Program-made: the position numbers and the translations under genes | Shown here: piece after piece, positions 43,906-53,889 of the stretch | How the letters are laid out: the number at the start of each line of letters is the position of its first letter | Numbering within the stretch: position 1 is the stretch's first letter | Origin: Armatimonadota bacterium | GTDB taxonomy: Bacteria > Armatimonadota > UBA5829 > DTLH01 | Length of the DNA stretch: 64,000 nucleotides | Assembly (NCBI GenBank): GCA_039680575.1 | Contig: JBDKSP010000023.1 | Span: forward strand, 35,311 to 99,310 | Reading direction: 5' to 3' | Notes under the pieces: model-generated | What the model was told of the DNA's origin: nothing | Databases searched by the model: none | What the model saw: only the letters and a program-made list of their open reading frames with translations

Positions 43906-44231
43906 GTATAATATTCGGGCAGAAGCAGCGTAATAAGAGTGAATTGGATTACTTCAAAAAGGTATTCATCTATCTATTGCTTCTCAGTGAACAAAGAGGA
44001 ACACATGCGACCGGAGTAAGTTGGTTGAAATGTGATGGTGGGTATCGTATTTTGAAGCATCCGCAACGAGCATCAGAGTTTCTTCATGGTAGGGATATTC
44101 CAGGATTTTTTAGTGGTATTGATTCGAATGTTACCTGGCTTGCCGGTCATACTCGTTGGCAGACTGTAGGCGATGCAAGAAATAACCTGAATAACCATCC
44201 GATTCTTGCCGGAAGAATTATAGGGACGCAT
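43890..44231 (+). pseudogene. Class II glutamine amidotransferase, 5' half (interrupted by RIT)
   Basis: MCG start, RG.HATG, GHTR, NNHP; breaks at IIGTH. Confidence 0.9.
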
Positions 44232-44425
44232 TATGCTGAGTCAGCGATTATGTAGAGTCGTCGGGCGGCTTGTGCTCATTCTGTGAGCTGCCGCCCGTTT
44301 TTTCTTTACATAATGATCCTGCATTTCTGCTCCCGATATCGCTTCACCTCTTGACTTCCGCACGTTTGTGAGTGATGAATTGGACCCCAATCGTAAAAGC
44401 GACTGGGTAATTCGGAGGTGATATT

Positions 44426-45181
44426 GTGTGTGGACTTGCAGGAATGGTGTTTGGAAGAATGAATCGTACGCAGGCAGATATCGAGGATGTCAAGCAGATT
44501 TTTTCTCGACTCTTAGTTCTGAGTGAGCATCGCGGGCCTCATGCCACTGGCGCTGCCTGGGTCAAGGACAACGGAATGTATCAGCTTGCGAAAGCTCCAT
44601 TATCGGCAAACTCGTTCATTAAATCGGATCGTTACAATCGATGGCACCAAGGTATTGACGATAGCACGGCGATCCTCATGGGCCACACTCGCTATCCCAC
44701 TCAGGGAAGCCATCTAAACAACTATAATAATCAACCGCTACTGTCAGCCCCCGAGCAACCTGTGTTGCTAACACACAACGGCCATATCCCCGAATCGCAA
44801 CACATACTTGAAAGCATGGGATTGCCGCGCGAGCTTGAGGTCGACAGCGAGGTGCTTCTGAGAATGGCTTGTTGCAGTCTTGGACCCGCAGGATTTTCCA
44901 TTGGTAGATTGCTCTCCAACGTGCGGGCATGTCCGGGTCAGATCGCGGCTGTGTTTGTTACTCCGGTCAATTCCGATGAGATCATCCTGGTCCGGCGAGA
45001 GCGTCCGCTCTTCCTCGCATATAATAACGAAAAGCAACTCCTTGCTTATGCCTCGGAACAGCAGATTCTTACAAGTGCAGTCTATGATAACGGCTGGCAT
45101 ATAAGCCGCATTCCGGCTTTTATGGCGGTTGTTGTGCACAGGCACCATGATCTTGCGACCACGCAGTATTCACTCACCTGA
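44426..45181 (+). CDS. Intact class II glutamine amidotransferase carried inside the RIT
   Basis: GGAGG-GTG; MCG, RGPHATG, GHTR, THNG, VDSE, YASE. Confidence 0.9.
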   Translation: MCGLAGMVFGRMNRTQADIEDVKQIFSRLLVLSEHRGPHATGAAWVKDNGMYQLAKAPLSANSFIKSDRYNRWHQGIDDSTAILMGHTRYPTQGSHLNNYNNQPLLSAPEQPVLLTHNGHIPESQHILESMGLPRELEVDSEVLLRMACCSLGPAGFSIGRLLSNVRACPGQIAAVFVTPVNSDEIILVRRERPLFLAYNNEKQLLAYASEQQILTSAVYDNGWHISRIPAFMAVVVHRHHDLATTQYSLT

Positions 45182-45257
45182 TTAATGCTCACTACAAGCC
45201 TCTTCCGATGTTTTTGTTATAAGGCGGTTCATCCGTCACATTCACGAGGAGGCTTGT

Positions 45258-46517
45258 ATGTTACCTAATGTAGATTTTGAAAATCCGCAAACGCCGTTAG
45301 AAAGCACAATAGCGTCGGCACGACATGGAATGGTGAGCAAAAAATACCCCTACCACAGTATATATGAAGCTACACGAATATGGCGTCACCTGCTGGTGTT
45401 TGCCGGGGAGCGTAGTATAGACCGGTTTTCTACCGAACTTGCTACCGATTATCTTACCTACTGCTTGGCGAACAACTCAGCCAGAGGCTGCTGCTGGAAG
45501 ACCGCGAACAGATACCTGCGCATATTGACCGAATACCATATACATGGAACATGGGAGCGCAATCCACGGCGGTCGAAAACACCATTAATAACGTCGCCTG
45601 TTCTTGCTGGCGGACTCGAGCAGTTCATACTCTATTGGAAGCACGAACGGCACGCCTCATACAACACGACCACCTACGGCAGACGCTATCTGACGGACTT
45701 TCTGCTGCTTCTCGAAAAAAGAGGTATATGCGACTGGTCGGGACTCGACGGATCCGTCTTCGAGGCGTTCTTCGCCGCCAGGACTCACATGAAACCTCGC
45801 TCAATGGACCTGATATCCTGTGTTTTGAGACTATTTGTGCGGTTTCTTTTCAGAGAAGGGATTGCGGAAAGCAACTGGGCTTCTTACATTCCAAGGTTTC
45901 GTGGCTTCAGAAACGAAAAGCTGCCGAAGACGTGGACAAGCGATGAAGTAGAGTTGCTGCTTTCAATGGTGGATCGCGCATCGCCGGTTGGAAAGCGAGA
46001 TTACGCCATTTTGCTACTTGCATGCAGGCTCGGCATGCGTCCAAGCGATATCACTTCATTAACTCTCGATAATCTTAGGTGGGACGACGCGAGAATCGAT
46101 TTCACTCAAACCAAGACTGGCAAGAAAGTCATGCTTCCACTGACAGAGGATGTTGGCGAGGCAATCATCGACTATCTGCGTAACGCAAGACCGGTCTCCG
46201 AACACAGAGAGGTGTTCCTGTATGTTTGTTCGCCATATGCACCGCTCGGCACGGAAAACAGGCTTCACGGCATCATCTCCAAATACAGGAGGAAAGCCGA
46301 GATGCCAATCGTAGAAGGCGTTTCCCAAGGCATGCGGTCGCTTCGCCACAACCTGGCTACAAGGCTGCAGCAGGCTAATGTACCTTTGGAAACCATCGCT
46401 GATATACTCGGGCACACTTCACTTGAGACCACACGCATATATGCCCGAGTCGATATTAGTGCCCTGCGTAGTGTCGCGCTGAACCCCGAGGAGGTATGTG
46501 ATGTCCACAGATGCTAA
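45258..46517 (+). CDS. Tyrosine recombinase (RitA-like)
   Basis: LGMRPSDI, SLRH, LGH, RIY. Confidence 0.9.
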   Translation: MLPNVDFENPQTPLESTIASARHGMVSKKYPYHSIYEATRIWRHLLVFAGERSIDRFSTELATDYLTYCLANNSARGCCWKTANRYLRILTEYHIHGTWERNPRRSKTPLITSPVLAGGLEQFILYWKHERHASYNTTTYGRRYLTDFLLLLEKRGICDWSGLDGSVFEAFFAARTHMKPRSMDLISCVLRLFVRFLFREGIAESNWASYIPRFRGFRNEKLPKTWTSDEVELLLSMVDRASPVGKRDYAILLLACRLGMRPSDITSLTLDNLRWDDARIDFTQTKTGKKVMLPLTEDVGEAIIDYLRNARPVSEHREVFLYVCSPYAPLGTENRLHGIISKYRRKAEMPIVEGVSQGMRSLRHNLATRLQQANVPLETIADILGHTSLETTRIYARVDISALRSVALNPEEVCDVHRC

Positions 46518-47484
46518 AAGAAATCCTGTATTCACTGGACCGTTTGAGGATTTGCTCGCCGGGTTTGTTCGTGAAAAGCGTGCCAGTGGCTACAAATATG
46601 ATACTGCCATTGTTTATCTGCTCAACCTGGATACGTTCCTGAAGAATGAAACGGTATGCCCTGACGAACTGACCAAGGATGTGGTAGAGCGTTGGACACA
46701 GAAGATGTCTAATGAGCAAGAGAAAACACATTACAGCAGAGTGAGCATTCTCAGGCAATTTGCGTTGTATCTAAGCCGCCAGGGGATTCCGGCGTACATG
46801 CCGCCCAGGGAGAAGATGTTCTGCAAATCTGGTTTCGTTCCGAGGATTTTTACTCATGAAGAGATCCGCAGGATGTTCGAGATACTGGACAACTGGCGCT
46901 GTTTTTCGGACCTGCCTTATCGCCACCTGGTATTGCCGGAGTTGTTCCGCATGTTGTATGGCTGTGGTCTTCGCATAGGCGAGGCACTCAACCTCGAAGT
47001 CCGAGACGTCGATCTGACAGAAGGAATTCTGACCATCCGCAATGCAAAATTCGGTAAAGAGCGGCTTGTTCCAATGGCACCTACCTTGGCCCAACGCTTG
47101 AAAACTTACGCCTCCAAATTTGGCGTGCGCGAACAGGACGCACCTTTCTTTCCCGGCTCGGACGGTCGGCATCTAAGTCACGCCGTTGTCTATAATTGCT
47201 TCAGGGATATTCTCTGGCAGTTGGGAATTCCACACATTGGGCGAAACAGGGGGCCACGCATCCATGACCTGCGCCATACATTCGCTGTGCACCGATTGCT
47301 TCGATGGTATCAGGAGGGCGCCGATATGGGCGTGATGCTTCCCCGGCTTTCGACCTACTTGGGCCACGTTGGAATGGAGGGAACGCAGCGTTACCTGCAT
47401 ATGGTAGCGGAATTGATGCCGGAAGTTACAAAGACACTCGAAGCCGCAGTTGGTCATATGATTCCTGGAGGTGACGAGATATGA
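46498..47484 (+). CDS. Tyrosine recombinase (RitB-like)
   Basis: GCGLRIGE, KFGKER, HDLRHTFAV, YLGH, QRY. Confidence 0.92.
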   Translation: MMSTDAKRNPVFTGPFEDLLAGFVREKRASGYKYDTAIVYLLNLDTFLKNETVCPDELTKDVVERWTQKMSNEQEKTHYSRVSILRQFALYLSRQGIPAYMPPREKMFCKSGFVPRIFTHEEIRRMFEILDNWRCFSDLPYRHLVLPELFRMLYGCGLRIGEALNLEVRDVDLTEGILTIRNAKFGKERLVPMAPTLAQRLKTYASKFGVREQDAPFFPGSDGRHLSHAVVYNCFRDILWQLGIPHIGRNRGPRIHDLRHTFAVHRLLRWYQEGADMGVMLPRLSTYLGHVGMEGTQRYLHMVAELMPEVTKTLEAAVGHMIPGGDEI

Positions 47485-48491
47485 AGCCGGAGCAATTCGG
47501 GCAATTACTGAGTGGATATCTGGTCGAGCATCTGGCGGGCCGAATGAACATGAGCAGCAACACAATCCGCTCTTACAGAGACACTTTTGTAATCCTGCTT
47601 CGTTACTGCAGAGATGCGGTCGGCAAGCCACCGGAAAGACTTTGTCTGAAAGACATAGATACTCATCTCATAACGAGTTTTCTTGAATATCTGGAAAATG
47701 AGCGCCGCTGCAGTCCCTCGACACGCAACCAAAGGCTTGCCGCGATACATTCCTTTATGCGATATGTCCAGATTGAGCATCCGGACAGCTTTCTGGAGTG
47801 TCAACGCATATTGCTGATTCCATCCAAGCGGCATGAAAGCAGAGAAGTGGCACACCTTAACACTGACGAGTTGGCTGCGATTCTCGCACAGCCGAACCTG
47901 GGTTCACAGAGTGGTCGACGCGATGCGGTGTTACTCAGCTTGATCTACGATACCGGCGCTCGTGTGCAAGAGATTTCGGATCTCAAAGTAAAGGATATAC
48001 GCCTCGATCCACCCGCACAGGTTCGTCTAACCGGCAAGGGACAAAAGGTTCGGCATGTGCCGCTGATGCAGAAGACTGTCGGAATCCTCAAGCATTACCT
48101 AAATGAGAACGGACTCGACCATCCCGGATGCTTGGAAATACCAGTATTTCAAAACAGATATGGCAACGCGCTTTCTCGATCCGGTATGCGATATATCCTG
48201 CTAAAATACGTTGAGCAGGCACATAATTCAGGGAGCAACATACGGGAGAGGGTAACTCCCCACACACTACGCCACACAAAGGCGATGCACTTGCTGCAGG
48301 CAGGAAACCCGTTGGTGGTGATCCAGAAAATCCTGGGGCATGTGGATATTAAGACGACAGAAATCTACGCCAGGGCTGACATGAACATGAAGCGACAGGC
48401 GCTTGAGAAAATCGCCGACATATCACCATCACCGAACATCCCGACCTGGCAGAACAACCGTGACTTAATGGACTGGCTGCGAAAGCTGTAA
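47481..48491 (+). CDS. Tyrosine recombinase (RitC-like)
   Basis: TRNQRLAAI, DTGARVQE, HTLRHTKAMHLL, LGH, EIY. Confidence 0.92.
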   Translation: MKPEQFGQLLSGYLVEHLAGRMNMSSNTIRSYRDTFVILLRYCRDAVGKPPERLCLKDIDTHLITSFLEYLENERRCSPSTRNQRLAAIHSFMRYVQIEHPDSFLECQRILLIPSKRHESREVAHLNTDELAAILAQPNLGSQSGRRDAVLLSLIYDTGARVQEISDLKVKDIRLDPPAQVRLTGKGQKVRHVPLMQKTVGILKHYLNENGLDHPGCLEIPVFQNRYGNALSRSGMRYILLKYVEQAHNSGSNIRERVTPHTLRHTKAMHLLQAGNPLVVIQKILGHVDIKTTEIYARADMNMKRQALEKIADISPSPNIPTWQNNRDLMDWLRKL

Positions 48492-48613
48492 CGAGCGACA
48501 TTATGTAAAGAAAAAACGGGCGGCAGCTCACAGAATGAGCACAAGCCGCCCGACGACTCTACATAATCGCTGACTCAGCATAATGTGTTTTATGTTCTGC
48601 TGCGCATAAAACA

Positions 48614-49054
48614 CATAATGGTACAATTATCAATGCTGACACCTTGTTTGCGCGTTTCAGCTTACCAAGATCTGCAGAGGTAGATAGCGAGTTGATCTTT
48701 CGGCTCGCGGATTCGACACTAGATCAGGGACGCATAGACATCAATGCGCTTAAGTCACGGCTGACGCTTTGTAAAGGGACAATCAGTGCAGTAATGGCAT
48801 CTATACTTAACCCTAAAGAAGTGGTTATCATCAAGGGTAATAAGCCTTTGGAGGTTCAGTACAACAAATCGCATCAGGTTATAGTCTATGCTTCTGATGC
48901 GAGGTATTTGAATGTGGCTTTAGCCTGTCAGAAAGGTTGGAAACATATCAACCTGAATATGATGAGGATTGCAATGCTCACATGTGACTGCTTGGATAGT
49001 TTGTATTCTGAGCCGTTCGAGTTCTACAGTTCTATTGGACGAAGTCACTGCTAA
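48614..49054 (+). pseudogene. Class II glutamine amidotransferase, 3' half
   Basis: Resumes HNGTIINADTLF...EVDSE...YASD; joins the 5' half to give ~259 aa. Confidence 0.9.
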
Positions 49055-49117
49055 GGCCTAGGTAGTATTGCAGATGTCCGAAATTTACCGGCTTTTCATT
49101 CAAAAGGCAGTATTTCT

Positions 49118-49146
49118 GCTCCTGGGAACTCCCAGGAGCTTTTTTA
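49118..49146 (+). terminator. Rho-independent terminator
   Basis: GCTCCTGGG-AACT-CCCAGGAGC followed by a T-tract. Confidence 0.75.
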
Positions 49147-50025
49147 TATTAATGGAACCACACTGTACAAAATTTAATAATAGTCCTATCCGAGATATCA
49201 AACTGGATGTTATTGAACAAATGCTAATTTGTCTTTTCAGAAAGAGATGCAGTGGTAAAAAGGTTAGTCGGCTCAATTATAGGAACGATTAAATTTTAGC
49301 AAAGCAGTTCGATGCCTGTTTGTTTTACCAAGCAATAGAATACATATTATATTTGTGTTTATTGCTGCAATGGGTCGACCGAATGCCGGTTGCCATTACT
49401 AACCGTGCTATGTATTTTCCTACCCTTGGCAACCTAACTAACAAGTGTTCATTGCAATATAATGAGCAAATAAGTAACAATATATGGATATGGTGTCTAT
49501 TACTAAGCGTAAAATGTCAACTTAGCTGGCGACCTTGTTGAATATAAACTAATATGTTATTATAAATAGTCCTTATGCTTGAGCCAGAATAACCTGGTGA
49601 TCCAGAGTATTCTGGCCACCTCAATAGTTTATCTGTAGTTCACGCGGTAAGTCTATGTTCAATATTGAAAATGTGCTGCTGAGATAATTGATGCGTAGCT
49701 GGAATAGGACTAGATTACCATAAATGGTGGACGGATAAGCAGAGCTTACCGCTGAATGTAATTGGGGAACACATACTTAAATCAAATGGGCATGTGCGCA
49801 TTATTGCTGAGCTTGGCAGGCTTAAGCAAGAATTTAACTCCTTTTTTGCATCAGATAAGTTCCGTCCTTTCAAATACCACCAATTGTGCAGGTATCTCTT
49901 TATGAATCTTTAATTTGTAAAGGGATGCAAGTAATAGTTAAAGCATGATGTGAAGTTTGAGAGCAGTAATGGCTTTTAGTGTTGCATATCTACTAGTTGT
50001 TTGTTGCTACTGAGGAGTTTCTGTC

Positions 50026-51048
50026 ATGGGGGACAGTCGTACATTAGAGGAAGAGCTTGAATACAGATCTAAGAAATCGGATGATGCAAAGGAGCTGTGG
50101 CACCGGTACGGAGCTATGAAAGCTCATCTCATAAATCAATACTATCCTTGGATTCAAGCAAATTGTCCATGGTTTACTGATCATGGTGAAGCTCATATTG
50201 ATTCTGTTATACGATCTGCTAGTTGGCTTCTCTTAAGTCGATTGCCTACAAAAGTAAAACCTAAGTTAACATGTCTAGATTTATTTCTCGTTCTTGCTGC
50301 GATCCTTTGGCATGATGTCGGTAATGTTTACTCTCGCACAGGCCATGCTGATATTAGTAAAATAACCAATGAAATAAAGGCCTTAGGATTCCCGAATGTA
50401 AGTATTCATCGATTAGTCGCAGAGATTTCGAAAGCTCATGTCGGCAAAGCAGGCCTTGATATTCCAAAGTTGAATGAGATTTGTGCTACTTCACATGACC
50501 AGCATAAGGTGTATACTCGTGCGTTAGCTGCGGTTTTGCGATTTGCTGATGAAATATCTGAAAATCGTTCCAGAATAAGTCAAGCACTTTTGCCAAGCGT
50601 GCCTGACAGTAATCGGATATACTGGGAATACGCGAATTGTATTTCAGCTTGCAAGCCGGAAGTAGGTCGTGAGGAGATTGTAGTAGAGGTTGAAATCCCT
50701 CTTGATAAAGTTGCTACCAAATTTTATTGCAGTGATTATCCAGAATTAACAGATAAAGAAGAAAAGATTAGCCTGATTCACTATATTCTTTGTCGTTTAG
50801 AAAAGATGAATACAGAAAGAGTGTACTGTGCTGGATTATTCGGTCAGTATACATCTATACGTCATATCGTAGCACGGTTCTGTATTATGCAAGATACTAC
50901 GCGTGTCGATGGTTACGATCTTGAACTTGTTTTGGGTGATGACGGGTTGCAGAAGGACAGTTATCCTGAGATACCTATTGTTACTAAATTCTTCGAATGC
51001 AATCCTAATTGGCAGCCTGAAACACTTGAGGAGGCACTTCTCAAATGA
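50026..51048 (+). CDS. HD-domain phosphohydrolase (HD-CE-like)
   Basis: FTDHGEAH, WHDVG, KAH, LRFADE. Confidence 0.8.
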   Translation: MGDSRTLEEELEYRSKKSDDAKELWHRYGAMKAHLINQYYPWIQANCPWFTDHGEAHIDSVIRSASWLLLSRLPTKVKPKLTCLDLFLVLAAILWHDVGNVYSRTGHADISKITNEIKALGFPNVSIHRLVAEISKAHVGKAGLDIPKLNEICATSHDQHKVYTRALAAVLRFADEISENRSRISQALLPSVPDSNRIYWEYANCISACKPEVGREEIVVEVEIPLDKVATKFYCSDYPELTDKEEKISLIHYILCRLEKMNTERVYCAGLFGQYTSIRHIVARFCIMQDTTRVDGYDLELVLGDDGLQKDSYPEIPIVTKFFECNPNWQPETLEEALLK

Positions 51049-52910
51049 GCAGATTTATAGATAATAACAGCTTACAACTAGAAAATCCATTTCATGTTGA
51101 GAGCCCTGAAAAATTATCGCCCAGACAAGTTGTTGAGCTTTTTATCAGTGATTATACGCGAATTGAAACTGTAAAGCAACGAAAGCATACCTTCATCTGG
51201 GGTTCACGTGGTTCAGGAAAGAGTATGATGTTCAGATTTTTGGAGCCGCAGTGTCAATCAATATTTTACGGCGGTTATGAAGAATATCTATCCAGAAGTG
51301 ATGCATTTCTCGCTATTTACTGTCCAATTAAAGAAGGTGCGCTAAAAAAGACGGAATTGCTACTATTGGATGATTATCAGCGACTTATAATTGTTGAGCA
51401 TATGATGAATATGTTTGTGGCATATCGCACGATGGATAGTTTGCGAACTCAAATCCCTCAAGAACGTATTAGCCATGATCAGTGTACTCAATTTGCTTGG
51501 CAAGTTGCTCAACTTTTTGATAGAGCATCAATAGCCCCATCGATACAAGAAGCTAATACAAGAGTGAAAATTGAAGATTCCCCTATGCTTTGGCTGCAGA
51601 TATTATTCGACAACGAAATACGAAAAATAAACTCATTTTTGCATACCAAAGCAATGTACAAGACCGAGGCGGTTTATGAGGGGGCCACAAGCGGTTACCA
51701 TGATTTTCTTATGCCCCTAATGAGGCTGGTACAATCCATAATGATGAATGGTAGCTTACCAGTTTATGTATTACTTGATGACGCAGGTAAGCTGACGGAT
51801 AATCAAGAAAAACTTCTACTCACTAAAAACCAACAGTGTATAATTAACTCTTGGGTTGCGAATCGCGATCAAGCAACACTATGCCTAAAAGTTTCAGCCG
51901 AGAGAGCCGCCTACAAAACTTACAGCACCCGAGATGGTGCACTCATTGAGGAGCCTCATGATTATTCGAGTATAGATGTAGATGAGCTATACACTAAATC
52001 AAAAACCAATTACTTTGAAAAAGTGAAGCTGATCGCAAATAGACGGCTTGAGCTATCTTTAGTGCCAACAAAAGACATCACAGAGTTTCTACCTCCAAAT
52101 AAGGAAGAGGAGCTTTTGTTGGCTGAGTTTAAGAAACAAACCCGTGAGGAATGGCATACCGCAAAAGAACCAGGAAGGCAAAACGATTATGTTACCCGAT
52201 ATGCCACTGCACGGCTTTTTCAGCATTTACGGAAGACAAAGAAGCGGAAGAGTTACGCAGGATTCGGAAATATTGTAGATCTGTCGTCGGGTGTAATAAG
52301 AGCATTTTTAGAGCCATGCTACCTTATGTTTGATGAATGTAAAAGTAGTGGGACTGATATTCCTTCTATTTCTCATATTCCATCAAACATTCAGGATGAC
52401 GTTTTGTTCAGATATGCCGAGGAGCTTGTGCTTAAAAAGTTTGATGAAATTCGCGAAGGATTACCACCCGAAAAATGGACTCTTGTTGATGCTTTAGCAA
52501 CACTTATTGCTTCATTGGGTCAGCTATTTTATGAACGCTTGCATGATCCTGATGCACGTGAGGCTCGATTATTCTCTTTCACAGTCCGTGGTCGAGTGCC
52601 AGATGACATTGACCAGGTACTTCAGTTAGGCGTAAGATATCGCTATTTTCAGCTTCGAACCTACAGCACAAAGGAAGGTGGCGGACGAGAGAAATGGTAC
52701 ATACTTAACCGACGATTATGCCCTGTGTACAAACTTGATCCGAGTGGCTTTGAAGGTCGAATATCGCTGACGGCAGAAGCGCTGAGGTTAGCTTGTGAGA
52801 ACCCTCAGAAGTTTGTTCGCATGCGATTAAAGCAAAATATAAATCAATCATCTGATCATGAGCATCCAACGTTGTTTGTTCTAGAAGAGGAGACTGATGA
52901 TGCTAATTAA
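51045..52910 (+). CDS. P-loop ATPase (ORC/CDC6-like)
   Basis: Walker A GSRGSGKS, Walker B VLLDD, SSGVIRAFL; ATGA overlap with the HD gene. Confidence 0.7.
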   Translation: MSRFIDNNSLQLENPFHVESPEKLSPRQVVELFISDYTRIETVKQRKHTFIWGSRGSGKSMMFRFLEPQCQSIFYGGYEEYLSRSDAFLAIYCPIKEGALKKTELLLLDDYQRLIIVEHMMNMFVAYRTMDSLRTQIPQERISHDQCTQFAWQVAQLFDRASIAPSIQEANTRVKIEDSPMLWLQILFDNEIRKINSFLHTKAMYKTEAVYEGATSGYHDFLMPLMRLVQSIMMNGSLPVYVLLDDAGKLTDNQEKLLLTKNQQCIINSWVANRDQATLCLKVSAERAAYKTYSTRDGALIEEPHDYSSIDVDELYTKSKTNYFEKVKLIANRRLELSLVPTKDITEFLPPNKEEELLLAEFKKQTREEWHTAKEPGRQNDYVTRYATARLFQHLRKTKKRKSYAGFGNIVDLSSGVIRAFLEPCYLMFDECKSSGTDIPSISHIPSNIQDDVLFRYAEELVLKKFDEIREGLPPEKWTLVDALATLIASLGQLFYERLHDPDAREARLFSFTVRGRVPDDIDQVLQLGVRYRYFQLRTYSTKEGGGREKWYILNRRLCPVYKLDPSGFEGRISLTAEALRLACENPQKFVRMRLKQNINQSSDHEHPTLFVLEEETDDAN

Positions 52911-53889
52911 TAAGGTTGAGCAGGTGAAATCTTCTGGTGGAATAAAGACAGCAACTAATGATGTACCCGATGATCTCTATTTGGTATGTGCTAGCTACGA
53001 ACCAAGATCAGTCGCAGCCACAGAATCACTATCACTAGATTATAAAGCAAGAAAAGGCATTATTTATATTAACAAGGAGTTCTACTCTGGGGCATCTAGT
53101 GAATCGATAAGATCTAATATTATACGATTGCAAACAATTCTTGAGCAACGTTGTGATTCCGTGGAGTTGGCGATTGGCAGTTGGTTGGATGTCAAATCGC
53201 AGCTGGAAGTTCTGAAAAGTACTTTGTTGCCAGCGAAACCAGAGCAATCCAAGGAATGGACCTCTACTATAGATATTACATCATTTAACCGTGAAGTTCT
53301 ATTAACATCTGTAGCACTATTGCGAGTGGGAGTAATTCGTTCTCGTATCAAAGTTATATATGTCTCTCCTCATTCACATGGTCAGTGGCTTAGTCGTGGT
53401 TTTCGTGGCATACGCAATGTAATGGGGCTGAGTGGTATTCAATCACCAAGTAAACAATCTTTATTAGTTGTGCTATCTGGATTTGAACCTGATAGAACAA
53501 TTCGGATAATTGAGGAACACGAACCTCGCCTTGTGCTCCTTGGTTTAGGTGATCCACCTACCAATCAAGAATTCCTACTTAGAAACCGTGAAGAGATGAA
53601 GCTAGTGCTGGCTAGGCAGGACGTTAAAGAATTTGAGTTTCCAACAGCCAGTATCCAAGAGTGCTTGGATGTATTGCAAAAATTGCTTAAAAATTATCTC
53701 CAGGACTATAACATCATATTAGCGCCCATGAGTACCAAGTTATCTACCATTGCAGCTTTTCTTGTTGCTGAGTGTCATCCTGAAGTACAGATTACTTACG
53801 CACTTCCTGGTGAATACAACACGAAAGATTACTCTACTGGTGCTGATAATGTTTATGAGGATTGGTTGCCTGAGTTAATTACTAGATGA
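52897..53889 (+). CDS. Hypothetical protein, likely two Rossmann-like lobes
   Basis: [27 protein letters not shown]; overlaps both neighbours. Confidence 0.6.
   Translation: MMLINKVEQVKSSGGIKTATNDVPDDLYLVCASYEPRSVAATESLSLDYKARKGIIYINKEFYSGASSESIRSNIIRLQTILEQRCDSVELAIGSWLDVKSQLEVLKSTLLPAKPEQSKEWTSTIDITSFNREVLLTSVALLRVGVIRSRIKVIYVSPHSHGQWLSRGFRGIRNVMGLSGIQSPSKQSLLVVLSGFEPDRTIRIIEEHEPRLVLLGLGDPPTNQEFLLRNREEMKLVLARQDVKEFEFPTASIQECLDVLQKLLKNYLQDYNIILAPMSTKLSTIAAFLVAECHPEVQITYALPGEYNTKDYSTGADNVYEDWLPELITR

Larger units (their letters stand above)
44229..48616 (+). mobile_element. RIT (recombinase-in-trio) element with GATase cargo
   Basis: 87-bp perfect inverted repeats at 44229-44315 and 48499-48585, three overlapping tyrosine recombinases, extra palindrome at 48583-48616. 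Confidence 0.92.

Noticed and set aside
49068..49541. Short ORFs in the AT-rich spacer
   Set aside because: No SD or recognisable motifs, and one crosses a terminator; likely spurious.
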